Assembly: GCA_021613535.1 (NCBI GenBank)
Contig: CP075497.1
Span: forward strand, 10,292,001 to 10,356,000
Length of the DNA: 64,000 bases
From: Adineta vaga
Taxonomy: Eukaryota > Animalia > Rotifera
Direction of reading: 5' to 3'
Each line of letters begins with the position of its first letter. The first letter of the stretch is position 1. Of this stretch, positions 22,101 through 36,535 are shown in pieces. The position numbers and the translations under genes were made by a program. The notes below the pieces were generated by a model. It did not search any database. It worked only from the letters and a program-made list of their open reading frames with translations, and was not told the origin of the DNA.

Positions 22101-25100
22101 GATTAGATTCAACACAACGTAATACATATCGTTCAATTGGTCGAAGCTAAAGAAAAAATAATTCTGATTGTTTAATTGAACTTTAATTCTATTCGATTTT
22201 ACTTGATTATCCAGTGTTTGTAATTCATCTTCAATGTTATTTATTTTTTGTTTTTCAATTAATTGTTCATCATTCGTTTCGTCTTCATTAAATTCACTTA
22301 AATCAGTTATTAATTCATTGGTTAATTCATTGGCAGCTTGACGATCAGATTCATCTTCAAGTGAAGCAAGAGTTTCTTCAAATTGTGTCACTGTTAAATT
22401 ATCATCAGTTGTATTCAATGAACGACTACCATCTAATTTTGCTTGGTATTCATTTCGTTCACGTACTATATCTTCTATTGTCGAAGATTGATCGAATAGT
22501 TCACGAATCTTATTCTAAAAGAGAAAACAAGATTTGTTGAAATGAAAAACAAATAAAAACAATACCTTTTTAAAGTAGCTAATATCAAAACTACCAGCAT
22601 CAATAGTTAAATCACTGAGTAAACGTTTTTGATTTGCTTTCTTCAAAATATTTTCTTCAATTGTATTCTTACTAATAAGTCTAGAAAATTGAAAGATTTA
22701 TAGAAAAAATGAGAACTCTTCGTATTTCATATAGAAAATCTCTACCGATAGATGTGTACATCTTTTGTTTGTCCAATACGATGACAACGATCTTGTGCTT
22801 GAGCATCCATTGTTGGATTCCAATCCGAGTCATAAAAAATAACAGTATCAGCACCGGTTAAATTCACTCCAATGCCTCCAGCACGTGTTGATAGAATAAA
22901 CACAAAAATCTTCTCATCACTATTGAATCTTTCCATTAATAATTGTCTTTGTAAAACTGGTGTCGATCCATCCAATCGTAGATATGTATGACCTTGATGA
23001 TTTAGAAAATTTTCAAGAATATCAAGCATTTTTGTCATTTGTGTAAATATTAAACAACGATGTTTCTCATGTTTTAAATCGGAGAGTAATCGATCGAGAG
23101 TTTGTAATTTACCACAATCGTATTGAATCAATCGTCGTTCAGGAAATTGTAAAAACATATTTTGTTTGATTTCATTCATGGATGAAAGAACGTCAAAATC
23201 AGTCGATGATATTACTTCAATTAAAGGTTTTTCTTGTATTGTTTTACTTGTGATATGAATTCCGTTTAATCCAGATAATTCTACAGGAAATGCTAATACA
23301 CGTGTTGTACATAGAATAAATCTAAATAACATTTAAAAAGAAAACAAATTCGATAAGGAAATTCGAATTGAATTTACCGATCAAGTATATCTTTGAATTC
23401 ATCGAATCTCTCTCGATTCGATTTGATTAATGTTCGAAGTGTATCAGTCGTCGACATATAATCTCTAGTTGTTATTAATAATTCATGAACTCGTTGACAT
23501 AATGTATAACCATTGAATCTTGTTCGATTAGAGGAACGACATGGATTCATAGCTGATTCAATTTGTGTAAGAAGATCTGAACCATACAATGGATGTGATT
23601 GACAACGATCGACATTGATTTGACAAAGTAATTCATAACGAGTCAAACGTTCTTCTTCACGTTGTTTACAAATTTCATCATAAATATCATCAGATGGAAA
23701 TTGTCTTTTGATTGGTTCGATTAATATTTCTGATTTAATATTCGAACGATTGCGAAGATTTCTGATTTTTCCATTTGTTTGAAACCATAGAGTACTATCT
23801 CTATATCGTTCGATAATGTCTGTTGTTAAGTGAAATTTTTCTTGATAATCGTAATCATTATTATTCGCATTCATAATCATTTCTTTTGTTGCTTGTAAAA
23901 TAAATTGTATTCGATAACTGAAGAAAGCATCATTGAGTGAAGAATTCAATGATAGATATGGATTTTTCAAATCAATATCAGTGATCAATTCAGGTATTTC
24001 ACATGTAATTAAATGTTTTTGAAATACAAACGGTGAAATAATTGGTCTCGATTCAAATAAATCTGGATGATTACAAACTTTTCGTAATTGCATAAGAATA
24101 TTTATTATGGACATGTAATGTCCTTGTTGAATAGTATTTCGTGTTGATTGACATTGAATAAAATCTTCATATAATTCTCTTTGTCTTTTCGATAAATGAC
24201 ACATAAGAATATGTTCATGTTTCTTTGGCATTTGTTTTTCGACATCAATTTTTAAACGACGTAAAATAAATGGACGTAAAATTTTATGTAAACGTTTTAT
24301 GATTGAATCATTTGTTGATGTTTGTCCTTGTTCAATCATTTCTGTTAACGGATTTGAAAACCATTCACGAAAATTTTCATGAGATGCAAATAGATTTGGC
24401 ATTAAGAAATGCATTAATGACCATAATTCCATCAGAGAATTTTGTAATGGTGTACCCGTTAATAATAAACGACGTTGAGAATGAAAATTGACTAATGTTT
24501 GCCAACGTTGTGATTTGAAATTTTTAATATTTTGTGCTTCATCCAAGATTAAATATTTCCATTTTTTTCGTCGAAAACATTTCACATCTTGTAGAATAAG
24601 TTTATACGATGTTATACAAATATGAAAAGCATTCACATTTGTCCAACCTTGACGTTTTAATTGACGTTCTCGTACTGAACCATAATACGTTAAAATTTTA
24701 AATGCTGGACACCATTTTTTAAATTCAACTTCCCAATTAAGCATTACACTCGTTGGTACAACAATTAAATGTGGACCCCATATACCTTTTTCACAGGCTA
24801 AATGTGCAAGTAAAGCAATGGTTTGTATCGTTTTTCCAAGACCCATTTCATCAGCTAATATACAATTAAGTTTATTTTCATATAATGTGACAAGCCAATC
24901 AAGACCAACATGTTGATATTCTCTTAATGAATGTTTAAGTAGAAAAGGCACCGGTATCTTAACTGAAGTTGTATTAAGTGTAAATCCCGTTGGTTGCAAT
25001 GATTCAGCTGTTAGAGCAAGATCATCCATTTGTTTATCAGTGGTTATAGATTGTTCCATTGATGGATTGATTTCATCATCTGGAAATTCTTCATCTGATG

Positions 25101-26283
25101 TTTCACTTAATTGATTATCGTTAGAGTTATTCACTACTTCTTCTTCTTCAAGATAATTGTTTTCTTTTTCACTTGATGGATTTGATAAATCAATACCATA
25201 ATGACGTCTTAATAAAGAATCAAGTGATTCTTCTTGACCGTCTTTTAATTCTTGTATTTCATTCAAATCATATTCATCTGGTTCATTTTGTTCTTCACGT
25301 TCGATTGTTTCTTCATCATCAGTCTCTTCATTCATATCAGAATCTGCATTAATGTTGATTTCATTTTCTCTAATTGATCCAGATGATTTTCTCAATGATT
25401 GTACCAGCCAATCTGAATATTTTTCTGTTTGATCAACAATAATATTTAAATGTAAATCTAACTGATATTTTCTTAATTGTTGTGAACGTGTTATTGTTTT
25501 ATATTCAGCTATTTTATGAATATTTTTCCAAAAATTCATTACTTCTCTACACATAAATTGCGCTTGTTTACGTAAACGTTTGATTTCTTCACGTTGTTGT
25601 TGATTTTCACGATTTTGTTTATCACGAAAATATTTTAAAACAGCGAGAGAAAGTTTTCTTGCCATAGCTTGTTTCCAACGTTTTTCAAGTTCAAAATCTT
25701 CAGCTAACCAACGCATTTCATCAAGTAAATAATCCCAATGTGTTTTACGTTTATTTGGTTCTAAACATTTTCCTAAACGTTGATTTGTCCATTTACCATC
25801 CGATTTTAATTCATCAATACGTTTTAATATATGTGTTTCATGTTTAACACGATCAAACGATTGATTTGTGAAATTTATCGATTGATATCGTTGACGTTTA
25901 CCATTTCGTGATGGTGGTGTCGATGGTATATTATTCGTATCATGAAGATTCTTTTCAACTTTTTCAATAAGATCTTCTTCTGCTTGAATAAAACGTTGTT
26001 CATCTAATGATAAATCAGGACGATCACACATTTGTAAATCTACATATTCGCGAACTAGATTACGATGATATTGAACTATATTATTAAGACAAGTAAACAT
26101 TGATGGAACATTATTCGTATCGGATGTTAAATTATTTATCGAAGATGAAGTACAAACGCGTTTAAACGGCGTTTCGTCAATGTCTATTTCATTTGAATTT
26201 GTAGTTGATGAACGACGACGTTTTAAAGTATTTGACGTCGATTCATCATCTATGGTGGCAGAAGACTCCACCACAGAAGTCAT
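16697..26283 (-). CDS. dom: Domino / SWR1-family chromatin remodeler (SRCAP/EP400), long p400-like isoform
   Basis: HSA domain (KTHWDYLLDEMRWLAEDFELEKRWK). Split Snf2 ATPase (ILADEMGLGKTIQTIA, LILDEAQNIKN, QYDCGKLQTL, DSDWNPTMDAQAQDRCHRIGQ). C-terminal SANT-like domain (WLISEDYKIL...NWDFISDTVN...RTPKQCKHRFE) and polyQ tracts. Confidence 0.95.
19038..19131 (-). repeat. CAA/CAG polyglutamine tract in domino (second tract ~18337-18395)
   Basis: (TTG)n/(CTG)n run on the + strand encoding QQQLQ19-type tracts. Confidence 0.9.
20759..20973 (-). promoter_or_regulatory. Intronic long RNA hairpin with adjacent AAUAAA in domino
   Basis: Nested inverted repeats: 20759-20770/20957-20968, (AC)9 20779-20796/(GT)8 20934-20949, 20806-20817/20896-20907 and 20828-20833/20879-20884. 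AAUAAA on the minus strand at 20973-20968. Confidence 0.7.
21288..21872 (-). CDS. Alternative terminal exon / retained-intron reading frame of domino (short SRCAP/DOM-B-like isoform)
   Basis: The frame stays open for about 194 codons past the phase-0 donor at 21872 (ERK|GTCAAA) into a 1226-nt intron (21872-20647). The spliced path joins in phase to exon 20646-20614 (IWVTEDGQVFE). Confidence 0.65.
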   Translation of the reverse strand, partial: VKYNYTYSCARNSLVASEITRHKKSFSTGADRQSTFSSFLSLSSVLFSTPTPTSSSSLSFSPSLSSDEILQQHRHLKIVPSPPHSPTLSRRQKSIVKDDLKQRTSSHNIESRQLNNHGKCTDSIICFHSNDEVSNIHSNTSDHLKEIGSSRRYMTRSSLKLSNAITSDTKYRTPGNQQQSRKVPTTQSLKQQYL

Positions 26284-27466
26284 CTAAAAAGAATTAAATG
26301 ATCCTATGAATGAAAAATATTGAACATAAAAAGACATCGACAACTGTAGACAAATGAATGATAACTGAAATTTTCTTCTGTTCTTACCATTGACGAATAA
26401 CTTCATGGGCCTCTATGAATATCTGTATTCTGATTGGTTCAAAGAATACAAATAGTATTGATGACGACTGACATCTATCGAAGTATCTTTCTTTTCTGTA
26501 ACAGATAGCTGCGAATAAATGTTGCTGAAGAAATCAAAATTGTTTTTACAACTATTCGATAAAGTTCACTAACATGTTATTTCATTTGAATAATTGAAAC
26601 TTTATTTTGATATTGGAAGGTGTAATTTTCAGGCAATCACAGTTAACAGAAGAATGACAAGTATGTACGACTGTTTTTTGATTACGTAAATGCATTTTTA
26701 ATACTGATTCAAAAGGTAAGATATCGTTTCAACATAACTCAAGCATTTACTTTATCTGATATGAAATGATGTAAAATCTCTATCTTCATTAGAGAGGATA
26801 CAATCTTAGTCTTTCACTATCACAACTTTATTATCGACTATCAATCTGAGAGTGATTTGAGCTATGTACATATTGTATTATCAACAATCAATTTTGGTTT
26901 TGGAATGTAGATTTCTCTTTTTTTTATCTCTGAAATACTCTTGCTGTAAATGAAAAACTATGAAAATTAGTCTTTCATTCATGATATCTTAACAATTACA
27001 TCATGGTTACCAAAAATACCTAATAGCGAACTGATTTATAAATTGCAATCGAAAACAAAAGAGCGATGAGACATTTTTATTGAAACGAAGTTTATTTTTG
27101 TTAGAAAAAAATTGTTTTCCTTCAATAATTGAATAAAAAGGAACAAATAGGCAATCAATTTTGTCTTTATTTTGCTGTTCGATTGTTATTTCATGCGTAT
27201 TAGAGAGCAAAAAAAATGTCATGAGTATACTCATGTTCGAATTGCGCAAAATTTTGACATTTATAAATGCATACCTTGACAAGTCATATGTTTGGATAAA
27301 TAAAAGCGTAAATATATGTTCACGTGCCTTCTTCAATCAACAATTAACATACAAAATGATGTAAATGACGTCGTTCATTTATCATTTTGATATAAATATA
27401 CCTTACCAATTAGATATCATATCAATATGTCATTGATTGTTTTTCTAAAACAAAGAACAAAAGATA

Positions 27467-30400
27467 ATGTTACTTGATACACATAAGATCTCGTTAATTT
27501 ATGATTTTTGGAAACTAAATTCGGAAGATAATTATTTACAAGATGTAACTGAATTATCACGTAAACTAACTGATTCCGATATTATTGATGGTAAGTTGAA
27601 TCATTTTAAAAACTGAAATATTAATTTTTGTTTGTATTTTTTCTAGCGAAATATATTCAAGATTGGATTCCTGATCTTGTTCATCTCGTTGAATTATGGG
27701 AACAACAATCGTTAGATGAATTGGATATATTTTATATAACATTATTGAAAGATAAATCATCAAGTGATAAAATTGATGCTTTATTAAGATTTCTCTATGA
27801 TATTCAATCATATGAAATGGTCAAATATCTCTTAGAAAAGAATGTTCAACATTACAAACAAGAAAAACTTGTTTCATCAACAATGAATGCATTTCATGAA
27901 TCATGTATCTATGGTTTTAGTCATGTTTGTTTATTATATATTCGAAATAAACAAGATATTAATGAAACATTTTCATTAGTCTACGAAAATATAAAAACAA
28001 ATAAAAAAGAATTCATTCGGAATTTAACAGCACTTCAATTAGTTTGTCTCTGGTCGAAATACTTTCCCAAACGACTTTTTTCTTATGCTCATACACTTCG
28101 AATTTTATTAAATCATGGTGCACGAGTGAATATGATCTCCACGGAATTAACTACGCCATTACATTGGACATGTCGAGCAAAACATTGTACACAATTAGCA
28201 CAAGATTTAATTGAACATGGTGCATGTATAAGTGCATGTGATAAATTTAATATACAACCAATACATTATGCATGTTGGACAAGAAATCGAATTTTAGTTG
28301 AACTTTTTCTTTCCAAAGGTATTCAATTAACAGTTCAAGATGATTTTGGTCGAACACCAATTCATTTTCTTTGTATGCCAATATATACGGAAATGATAAC
28401 AAAAGATGATCAACAAGAACAATATGAATTAATGAAATATCTATTAAATACTTATCAAAAAAATTCATATTTCATTGATTTAACTCAATCAGATCATCAA
28501 GGTCGAACTTTCTTAACTTATGCTTGTATAAGTCAAAATCTTCCTTTAATGGAACTTCTTCTCGAATATGAGCCGAGTTTATTAAATAAAGCAACAGTTA
28601 TTGGAAGAACACCATTGATGATTACTATTGAAGAATGTTTTCTTCATGGTATTGAATGTTTACTTAAACAATCAAATTTAAAACGAAATGCATGTGATAT
28701 AAATGGTAATACAGCTGTACATTATGTTTGTATGTCTTCGAATACAAGTAAACGTTCAGATATGCTTCAATTATTACTTAATGATAAGAATGGAATATTT
28801 GATTTTGAAAAACGAACGGAACAATCAATTGATCCATTTATGTTATGTACTGTTTATCAAGCAATAGATTTATGTCAATTATTAATTGAAAAAGATGTTA
28901 TTTTAACAAAACAAGATATGTATTATCGACAATCTCTTCATGTCGCATGTCAAGTGGGAAATTATGAATTAGTTTCATTATTACTCAATTCATCTAAAAT
29001 CGATATTAATTCATTAGATGCAACTGATCGAAATTGTCTTTTCTATGCATTAAGTTCTGGTAATGAAAAAATTGTCAATCTATTAATTGAAAAGAATGTA
29101 ACAATTAACATACGAGATATTGTCGGTGATACACCATTACATTTAGCTGTACAACATCCAACGAATGCATATGAATTAACGAAAAGTCTTTTAACTAAAC
29201 AAGAAGGAAAAGATATCATTAATGAATCAGCAGCTGATGGAATGAAACCATTATTATTAGCTGCAAGTTTTCAACAAGCAGATGTTATTTATCTTCTATT
29301 AAAAAATGGTGCTAATATCAATGGTATTAATAATGAAGAACATACAGCGTTACATTTAGCATGTAAAAGTGGTTGTATCAGATGTGCTTTCTATTTAATT
29401 GAAGTTGGTGGATTAGATGTGAATGTTCGTGATTTATATCAACAAACACCATTATTTTATGCATTTATTAGTAATGATTATGATCTTGTTCAATATTTAC
29501 TTGCTTGTGGTGCACAACTTGATATTCGTGATGATGAAAATTATTTACCTATTCATGCTGGATTATTATTATCGAAATCAGATGAAATTTATAAATCCAA
29601 TCTAATCGATTTATATAAAGATAAATATGAAAATTTATTAAATGATCAAGATAATACAACAAAAGTTTCACCATTATTAATTGCATGTATGGAAGGTAAA
29701 GTTGAAGTAGTTCAACATTTAGTTTCGAATTACAATGTTGATATTATGGCACGATGTACGAATGGTTATACCGCTTTACATTATGCTTGTTTAGTTAAAA
29801 ACCGTAAATCATTAGAAATAGTTGAGATATTAATGAAACATGGATGTACTTATGAAAAAGTTGATCAACCAAAAGGAACATTTTTATATACAATTGTTCA
29901 ACATGGTGATCGACAAGCAGCAATGTATTTTATTGATTATTGGCTTGTAAGTTCACATTTGAATGAAATCGTTTTTTTTTATTCGTATATCATTTTATTG
30001 AATTTAGAAAACCAATCCTGATATTAATGAATTACATTGTGGTTCAACATTGATTGAACTTCTTTATCTACGAGCACAGTATCATCATCATGATCTTGAT
30101 ATTGAATATCTTCATCAATTATTAGGAAAAGATGCTCGTTTATCTGCATCAAAATTACCAACAATTCCATATCCATTAATTAATGATTGTCCATTATTTT
30201 ATTTAACTTTACTCGAATATAATTGTTCACCAATTGTAGATAAAACTGAATTTATATTTCATTTATTAACTATCATTTCAACTTATCCAGATACAATAAT
30301 CTTATTAAATCGAAAAGATAAAGAATATATAAGTCTTTGTGAATATTTTTATAATGTTATTCAATTAATTCATTCTTTTTTTGATATTGAACAATTTTAT

Positions 30401-30628
30401 TCTATTCTTCATCAAAATTATCTTCCTCTATTGAGTGGTCAACAATCAAATGAAGATATAGAATTACTTCAACATCGAATCAATCAATTACGATCAAAAC
30501 CATTGAAATTATCTGAAATAGCACGAAAAATAATTCGAAAAAATGTGAATATTCCAACTCAATGTGAATTTCAACAATTAAATCTATCGAATTATCTTGT
30601 AGAATTTCTTTCACAATGTACATTTTAA
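27467..30628 (+). CDS. Ankyrin repeat and SOCS box protein (Cullin5-type E3 substrate receptor)
   Basis: Many ankyrin motifs (TPLHW, GRTPIH, GRTPLM, GNTAVH, GDTPLHLA, HTALHLAC, GYTALHYAC). C-terminal SOCS-box-like PLKLSEIARKIIRKNV...QQLNLSNYLVEFL. Introns at about 27591-27646 and 29947-30007. Confidence 0.85.
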
Positions 30629-30902
30629 TAATGAATGATTCATTTTTATTTTATGTCTATCTATTTTGTAGATAAACATTGAAGAAAATTCTACTAATAA
30701 GACTATGTATATTTCCAAAGAAAAAAAATATTCAACGACATCAACAAATCTAAAATAGGTCACATGAATTTCATAACCGGAATATATATATAATAAAAAA
30801 AAGACTAAATGATTGTATCAAGATAGAAAAATCTGATTGAAATATATGTCAAGATTGTTTGGCAATGATATAACATTGAGCAAAAATACATTAGAAGTGT
30901 TA

Positions 30903-33900
30903 TCACACATCGAGACTAGAATTTCCATTTGAATTCAAATCATTTGTATGTGTCATTAAGGTAGGTAAAGTACTCTGACGATTATGTTCATGATCTGCTT
31001 CATCAGCTCGAACGCGGTTTTCATCTTTTTTAATAAGATTTGGATTCTGAGCATATAATTCAGCACCCCTACGAAAAAAAAAAACAATTTATTATTAATC
31101 ATCGAAAATATATCAATATACATACCAATACATTTGTTGTACTAGATAACGACAGCGATCAAGTTGAGCTCGTACATTTCGTGGTACACGTGCAATGAGA
31201 TTTCGAACAAGAAAAAGAATACTATATACAAAATGCTAAAGAAAAACAGAATGAGAAACTTTTCATTTTCGAAAATAATAAATAAAAGAAAATTTTACTT
31301 CAAATATAATTACAAATGCTAATCTTGCTACCATAACATAATAGAACATATATGAACGGGCATAATTGTGTGTATGATCCTATGAATAGAATATTGAATG
31401 AGAAAGATAATGAATGAATGAATATTCTTCTTACAAGACGATAATCTTTATAGTAACAAGTTGAAAAATCGATTTGTGAACGTATTTCATTAGCTAATGG
31501 TGAATTACAATCAAAATGTACTAAATGGTAGGTTTGTGCAAATGGTAAGAAGAATGTTGATTGTTTGGATAAATCAATTAAACGTGATTCAATAAATTGA
31601 CATTCAAGTAATGTACGATTAATAGCTAAAGGAAAATCACTTGAATGAAATGGTGCTAATGTATGATGAAGAAAACCGTTTAATGAATGATTTCCAATTG
31701 TCCAATAATAAACTTGTCGTGGAATATACTCCGATGTAATGGCGATGAGAAATGCATTGGAGAGAACAGTTACTTTTGCCATAATATGTAAAATTGAATT
31801 CCATGTTCCAATTCCCATTGCACGACGTGCAACAGGTCGACGAAATTCTCGAACAACTTTCAATGCATCGATACGTATTTCGAAAATGTTATTAATAAAT
31901 GCGAACAATGGTGCTAATGGAAATGATAAACAAAAGAATGTAACAAAACCAAATTGTAAAATAATTTCTAAATATTCGTAAAAAAGTGTTGTTAATTCGA
32001 ATGGTTGTAGAAGAAAATCTTCTTCGTATGAACGTTTTAAATTCATGGTTAAAGCTTGTTCATGCATTTGTTTCATTTTAGCATTACGTTCATTGATTTG
32101 TCGAACTGTATGTCGAAATTTAATACGTTTACGACACATATTCCATAATTTGGAAAAATAAAATTCCCAAATATTCGAAATTAATTGTTTACCAACCATG
32201 ATAATTATCAATTGAATGGATAATTCCCAGACACAACCACTTACATCACATTCTTCTAAACGAAATGCTTGCGAATGATGATCAAGATGTGTTGGTTTAT
32301 AGACAATTAATGGTTTTATTAGAGCAATATAAAAGATACTCGCATAGTAATTGACAAATTGAAATAGAAACATTTTTATTGTTAAACTTGCTTCATAAGT
32401 TTTGTCAGTACGATGTAATTCAGCGTTGGTTAACCATATCGCAAGAATTTCATAGAAATATTGTAAAATTAAGATAATAAATAAATTGATTAAAGCTATA
32501 AAATATGAAAAGTATCATTAGTTTCATCAAATGTTGAATAATGTTCTTTTCTCGGTCTTTGTGACCTGAACAAACGAATTTTGTTCGTACTAACCTCCAG
32601 TGATTGGAACGATAATTGGTTTCCAACGATAAATCCACATGTCGCGATCAATTGTATTAAATGCTGCCGAAACACTTAATCTAAACAAATAGAACTAATT
32701 TCTTATTAATAGACATATAAATACTATGTTTTTACCGATATACAACAATACCAGCAACAACAGCTAGAACAAGTAAGACCATAAATAATACAACTGAAAA
32801 CGACGATCTAAAACATTACTCATTCATTCATAAATTTGTAATAATTCTACTTACATATAACTGAAAACTCGTTTATAAAATGGTACATAAGGTTCAACTT
32901 TATCTGTAATTTTATTGATAATAGTTTTTTCAACACGTCGTTCAAAATCTGGTCGTAACGTTTCAGTTTCATCCGAAATATCCGTCTAATTAAAAACAAA
33001 CAAAAATTCATTATTAAATCTTTTCTCAACGTATATTTTCATTACCATATCCCATTCATATTGCAATCGAAATTCTTGTCGTTGCCAAAGAAAATTTACA
33101 CTAACAGCAAAGATACTAATCATAATAGCAAATGCAACGGAAGCTGAATTATCAAACGTATACGATATCTAACAAGAAAAATAAAGAAATCAATATGTAT
33201 TTTATTTCGTTTCTTATTCATACTTTGGCATTAAAACAAGTTTCATTTAAAAACCAATACGTTTGTCGATCCTAAAATAGAAAAATTAAATTTAAGAAAA
33301 AAATCCTTCTGCTTGTTTTCATTACAATTTTTGGACACATTAAATAACTTGACGTAGAATTGCATATATCTAATGTAGGTCGATCATATTTGACTGAAAG
33401 AAGGCCCCATAGAAGAACAAATATTCCGAGTATTGACGGTACCATTAACAATGAATTATACCATCCAAGCCAGGCGAAATAAAATGCTAAACGTTCGCCA
33501 TAATAATCTCGAATAGCTCGAATAGGTTGAATACGAAATATATTACTAAATTTTGCCCATCGATGATATAATTTCTAATCGAAAAGACGAAATCATTGAA
33601 AATAAAAATCATCTCAATTTACCATTCGATCATTCCATGTTTCAGGTTCACCAGCATCTTCTTCAGAAATAAGTTGATCATGTAAAGGAAATGCTGCTTC
33701 ATAGACATCTTCTTCAAGTAATACTTCAATACCTATAGTCAAAAGTTCGATTATAGAACGCACAAAAGCAAAAAGAAACAATCATTTGTTTCTCATTTAC
33801 CTGTATCTTTCGTGCCTAGAAATAGAATTTAAAAGTAAATCATTTAGTATAGATAATAATTTATTCATACCTGATCTTCTTGTACTCGATGTAAATACTT

Positions 33901-36535
33901 CTTCAATTTTTAATGTTTGTTTTTCACTTGCTTGTTGTTTAGTAGTGAAAGCATGGTTAAATGATATGGAATCAATTTCTGACGCTTCACTTTTGATATC
34001 ATCCACCGCTAGAATTACAATGAAAACTCGTTTTGATATGAATGTTAATGTAAACAGAGAAAAACGAATCGTAAGAGATTAGTAGTAGCAGGCATCTATT
34101 AGAAGATCGAATCACGAATTACTTACAATCATGATCATTAAATGATAAAACAAGCATTCTGTCTAAAAAGATCAATCATTAACTTCTGACAAAATGTAAA
34201 AACAAATAGGTTTTTGTTTTTTTGATCTTAGAATTTCTATAGGTAGAGAAAATGATAATTCAACTTACCACTTAGTAAAGGTTCAGGTGATCGATAGGGA
34301 CAACGAAGTAGAATTTCATAGACTAAACGACTTCGTTCTGCAGGACGAAATACTTTGCTAATATCGCCAAAATGTTCCGAAAATCTAAATGATTTCAATA
34401 TCGAATGATATTAATCGTACTTTTAATAACAAACCTATAATAGAGACTTTTTTGATAACATGCAGTGAAATACGTTTTTCCATTATGTGGTGGAGGAAAC
34501 TCAGCTGGATCCAGACGAGTAAGTTGACATGGTAAACCTTGATCGAATAATCCAGGCTTTAATGGTGCTTTATTTTCACTAAATGGTAATTTAACTTTCA
34601 ATTTTTCTGCCTAATAAAATAACAACAAAAATCAACTTCTATTAGAAAATTATCATTGTCTCGTACTAAGACAAGTAAAACTTCAAATGGTGCATGAATT
34701 TTGACAAAATATCGTTCATCTTGTTTCAATTCTTCCTCACGTTCATTTGTTAATAATCTTTTATTCTAAAAGAAGAAATTCAATCTCTGATCAATGAACA
34801 AATCTATTACATACTCTAAAATCATTTTCACGACTCATATTTTCTGTTGAATCATTCAATTGAGCAGATTCATCTTCTTCTACAGCTGTAGTATGATTTT
34901 CTGGTGTATCTTTTTTTAAATGTGAACTAATATTCTGTAAACGTATTGAGACATGCCGTTGTAAAGTTGAAAAACCACGAGCAAGAACATGATTACTCTC
35001 TTCATTATTATTGTTCGTATTATCAGGAATATCAGCAGATGTTTCAGCTTGACGTAAATTAAGTAGATCATTTTCCTAAACGAAAAACATATTTTTCATG
35101 AAATTTTGAAAAACAAACTCTTTTCAACTAACTTCATCAGTTAGACGTTCTTCAGCAAGAATGAAGCCTAATTGTTTTAGATTATTTTGAAAAAATTGTC
35201 GATATTCTTCATGTTGACGTTTAAATCTATGACTTCGTCGAAAATGATTCGAATGATATCGTGTATAAACAAGTATATAATCTACAGGAAGAAGCTTTCT
35301 CTCATGATAAATATATTTTGATCGATCGATTGGCGTTACATTCACTTTTTTATGATTGTAATTCTAAAAATATTTAAAAAATCCTTCATCGAATTCTTTC
35401 ATATAACTTACTGAATCGACAGTAACATCATGCTGTTTTTTCTTCGTATTCATTGCTTGTCGATTACCTAAAAACTCACATTGATTAATATATTTTTCTT
35501 CTCTTCGCATTATGAGCATATCACATGTTCTATCAAGGAAATTGTATGACTGAAACGATCTCTTCTGACTGATTGCTTTTCTTTATTGAAAAAAAAAGGA
35601 GATAGAAGAAAACTCGACTTGCTAATCTCTTGAGGAAGAGAATCATTTTCTAGTTGAAAAGACACACAAAAAACAAGCTTCCCATGAATCTTATCTTTCA
35701 AATCTTTTAACAAAGAATACATCTATCAACGAAATCCTATTCTTTTCGATAGAGACGAAGAAAAGAACGTCAGAAAAATAATTTAATAAAAAAAAAACAT
35801 CAGCCTACAAACAAATAGTTCTCATTCCATCGAACTAGCTTTCTTTCTCAAGTATTTTTTTCTTCGTATCTTTCAATCCAGTAAACGAGTGATGATAAGG
35901 GTCTCTTCACAAATTTCTTCCGGTCTTTTAACATTTCACATCGTAGACTTTTTGTCTGCCATTATCTATCTATCACTTGATAATAATATAAGAAAAATAA
36001 GCATACTGAACGAAAGAAATTGACTATTAAATGTTTAATAAATATGTAAATCAGATAGATAAGAAGATTTCTTATTAATTTCTTGCAACTTACTATATTG
36101 TTCATTGAATTTCATATTTGTTCTTATTGAAAACGAATCGTTACTTCGATCACTTTCTAGGAAAAAAAAATCAAGGATTGAATAGCAAAGCGACAATCAT
36201 GCGGGGTATGGGTAGAAAAAGGTGATCGAGTTATGAATAAATCAAATAAATGTTAGTGCTGGCAAATTAGAATACCCGGAAGAGAACGACAGGAATAGAA
36301 TGTATCAGAAGAGTCACGATGTTCAAGTACATCATGTTTGTTCAATTCTGTAGGAATAAATGAAATCTCAACTAGACATAGAAAAGAGAAGAATTTAATT
36401 AATGTTTTTTTTAACATACGTTTTGATTGAAGATCAGATGATGGTGTTGAAATTTCACCCGATAGATATGAACCTGAAAAATATGAATTTTAAATTGTGA
36501 AATAATTTAATTATTCAATTACGGAATATATTCAT
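30903..36535 (-). CDS. Anoctamin / TMEM16 family channel-scramblase
   Basis: DYILVY, YFVKIHAPFEVL, AIRDYYGERLAFYFAWLGWY, FLFQFVNYYASIFYIA, EECDVSGCVWELSIQLIIIMVGKQ, EYLEIILQFGFVTFF, NNIFEIRIDALK. Upstream micro-exons 36535-36523 and 36473-36420 splice in frame into 35467. Confidence 0.93.

Noticed and set aside
27007-27364. ORFs 27007-27336 (-) and 27161-27364 (+)
   Set aside because: They lie in the divergent promoter region of domino and the ankyrin gene and have no coding-like features.
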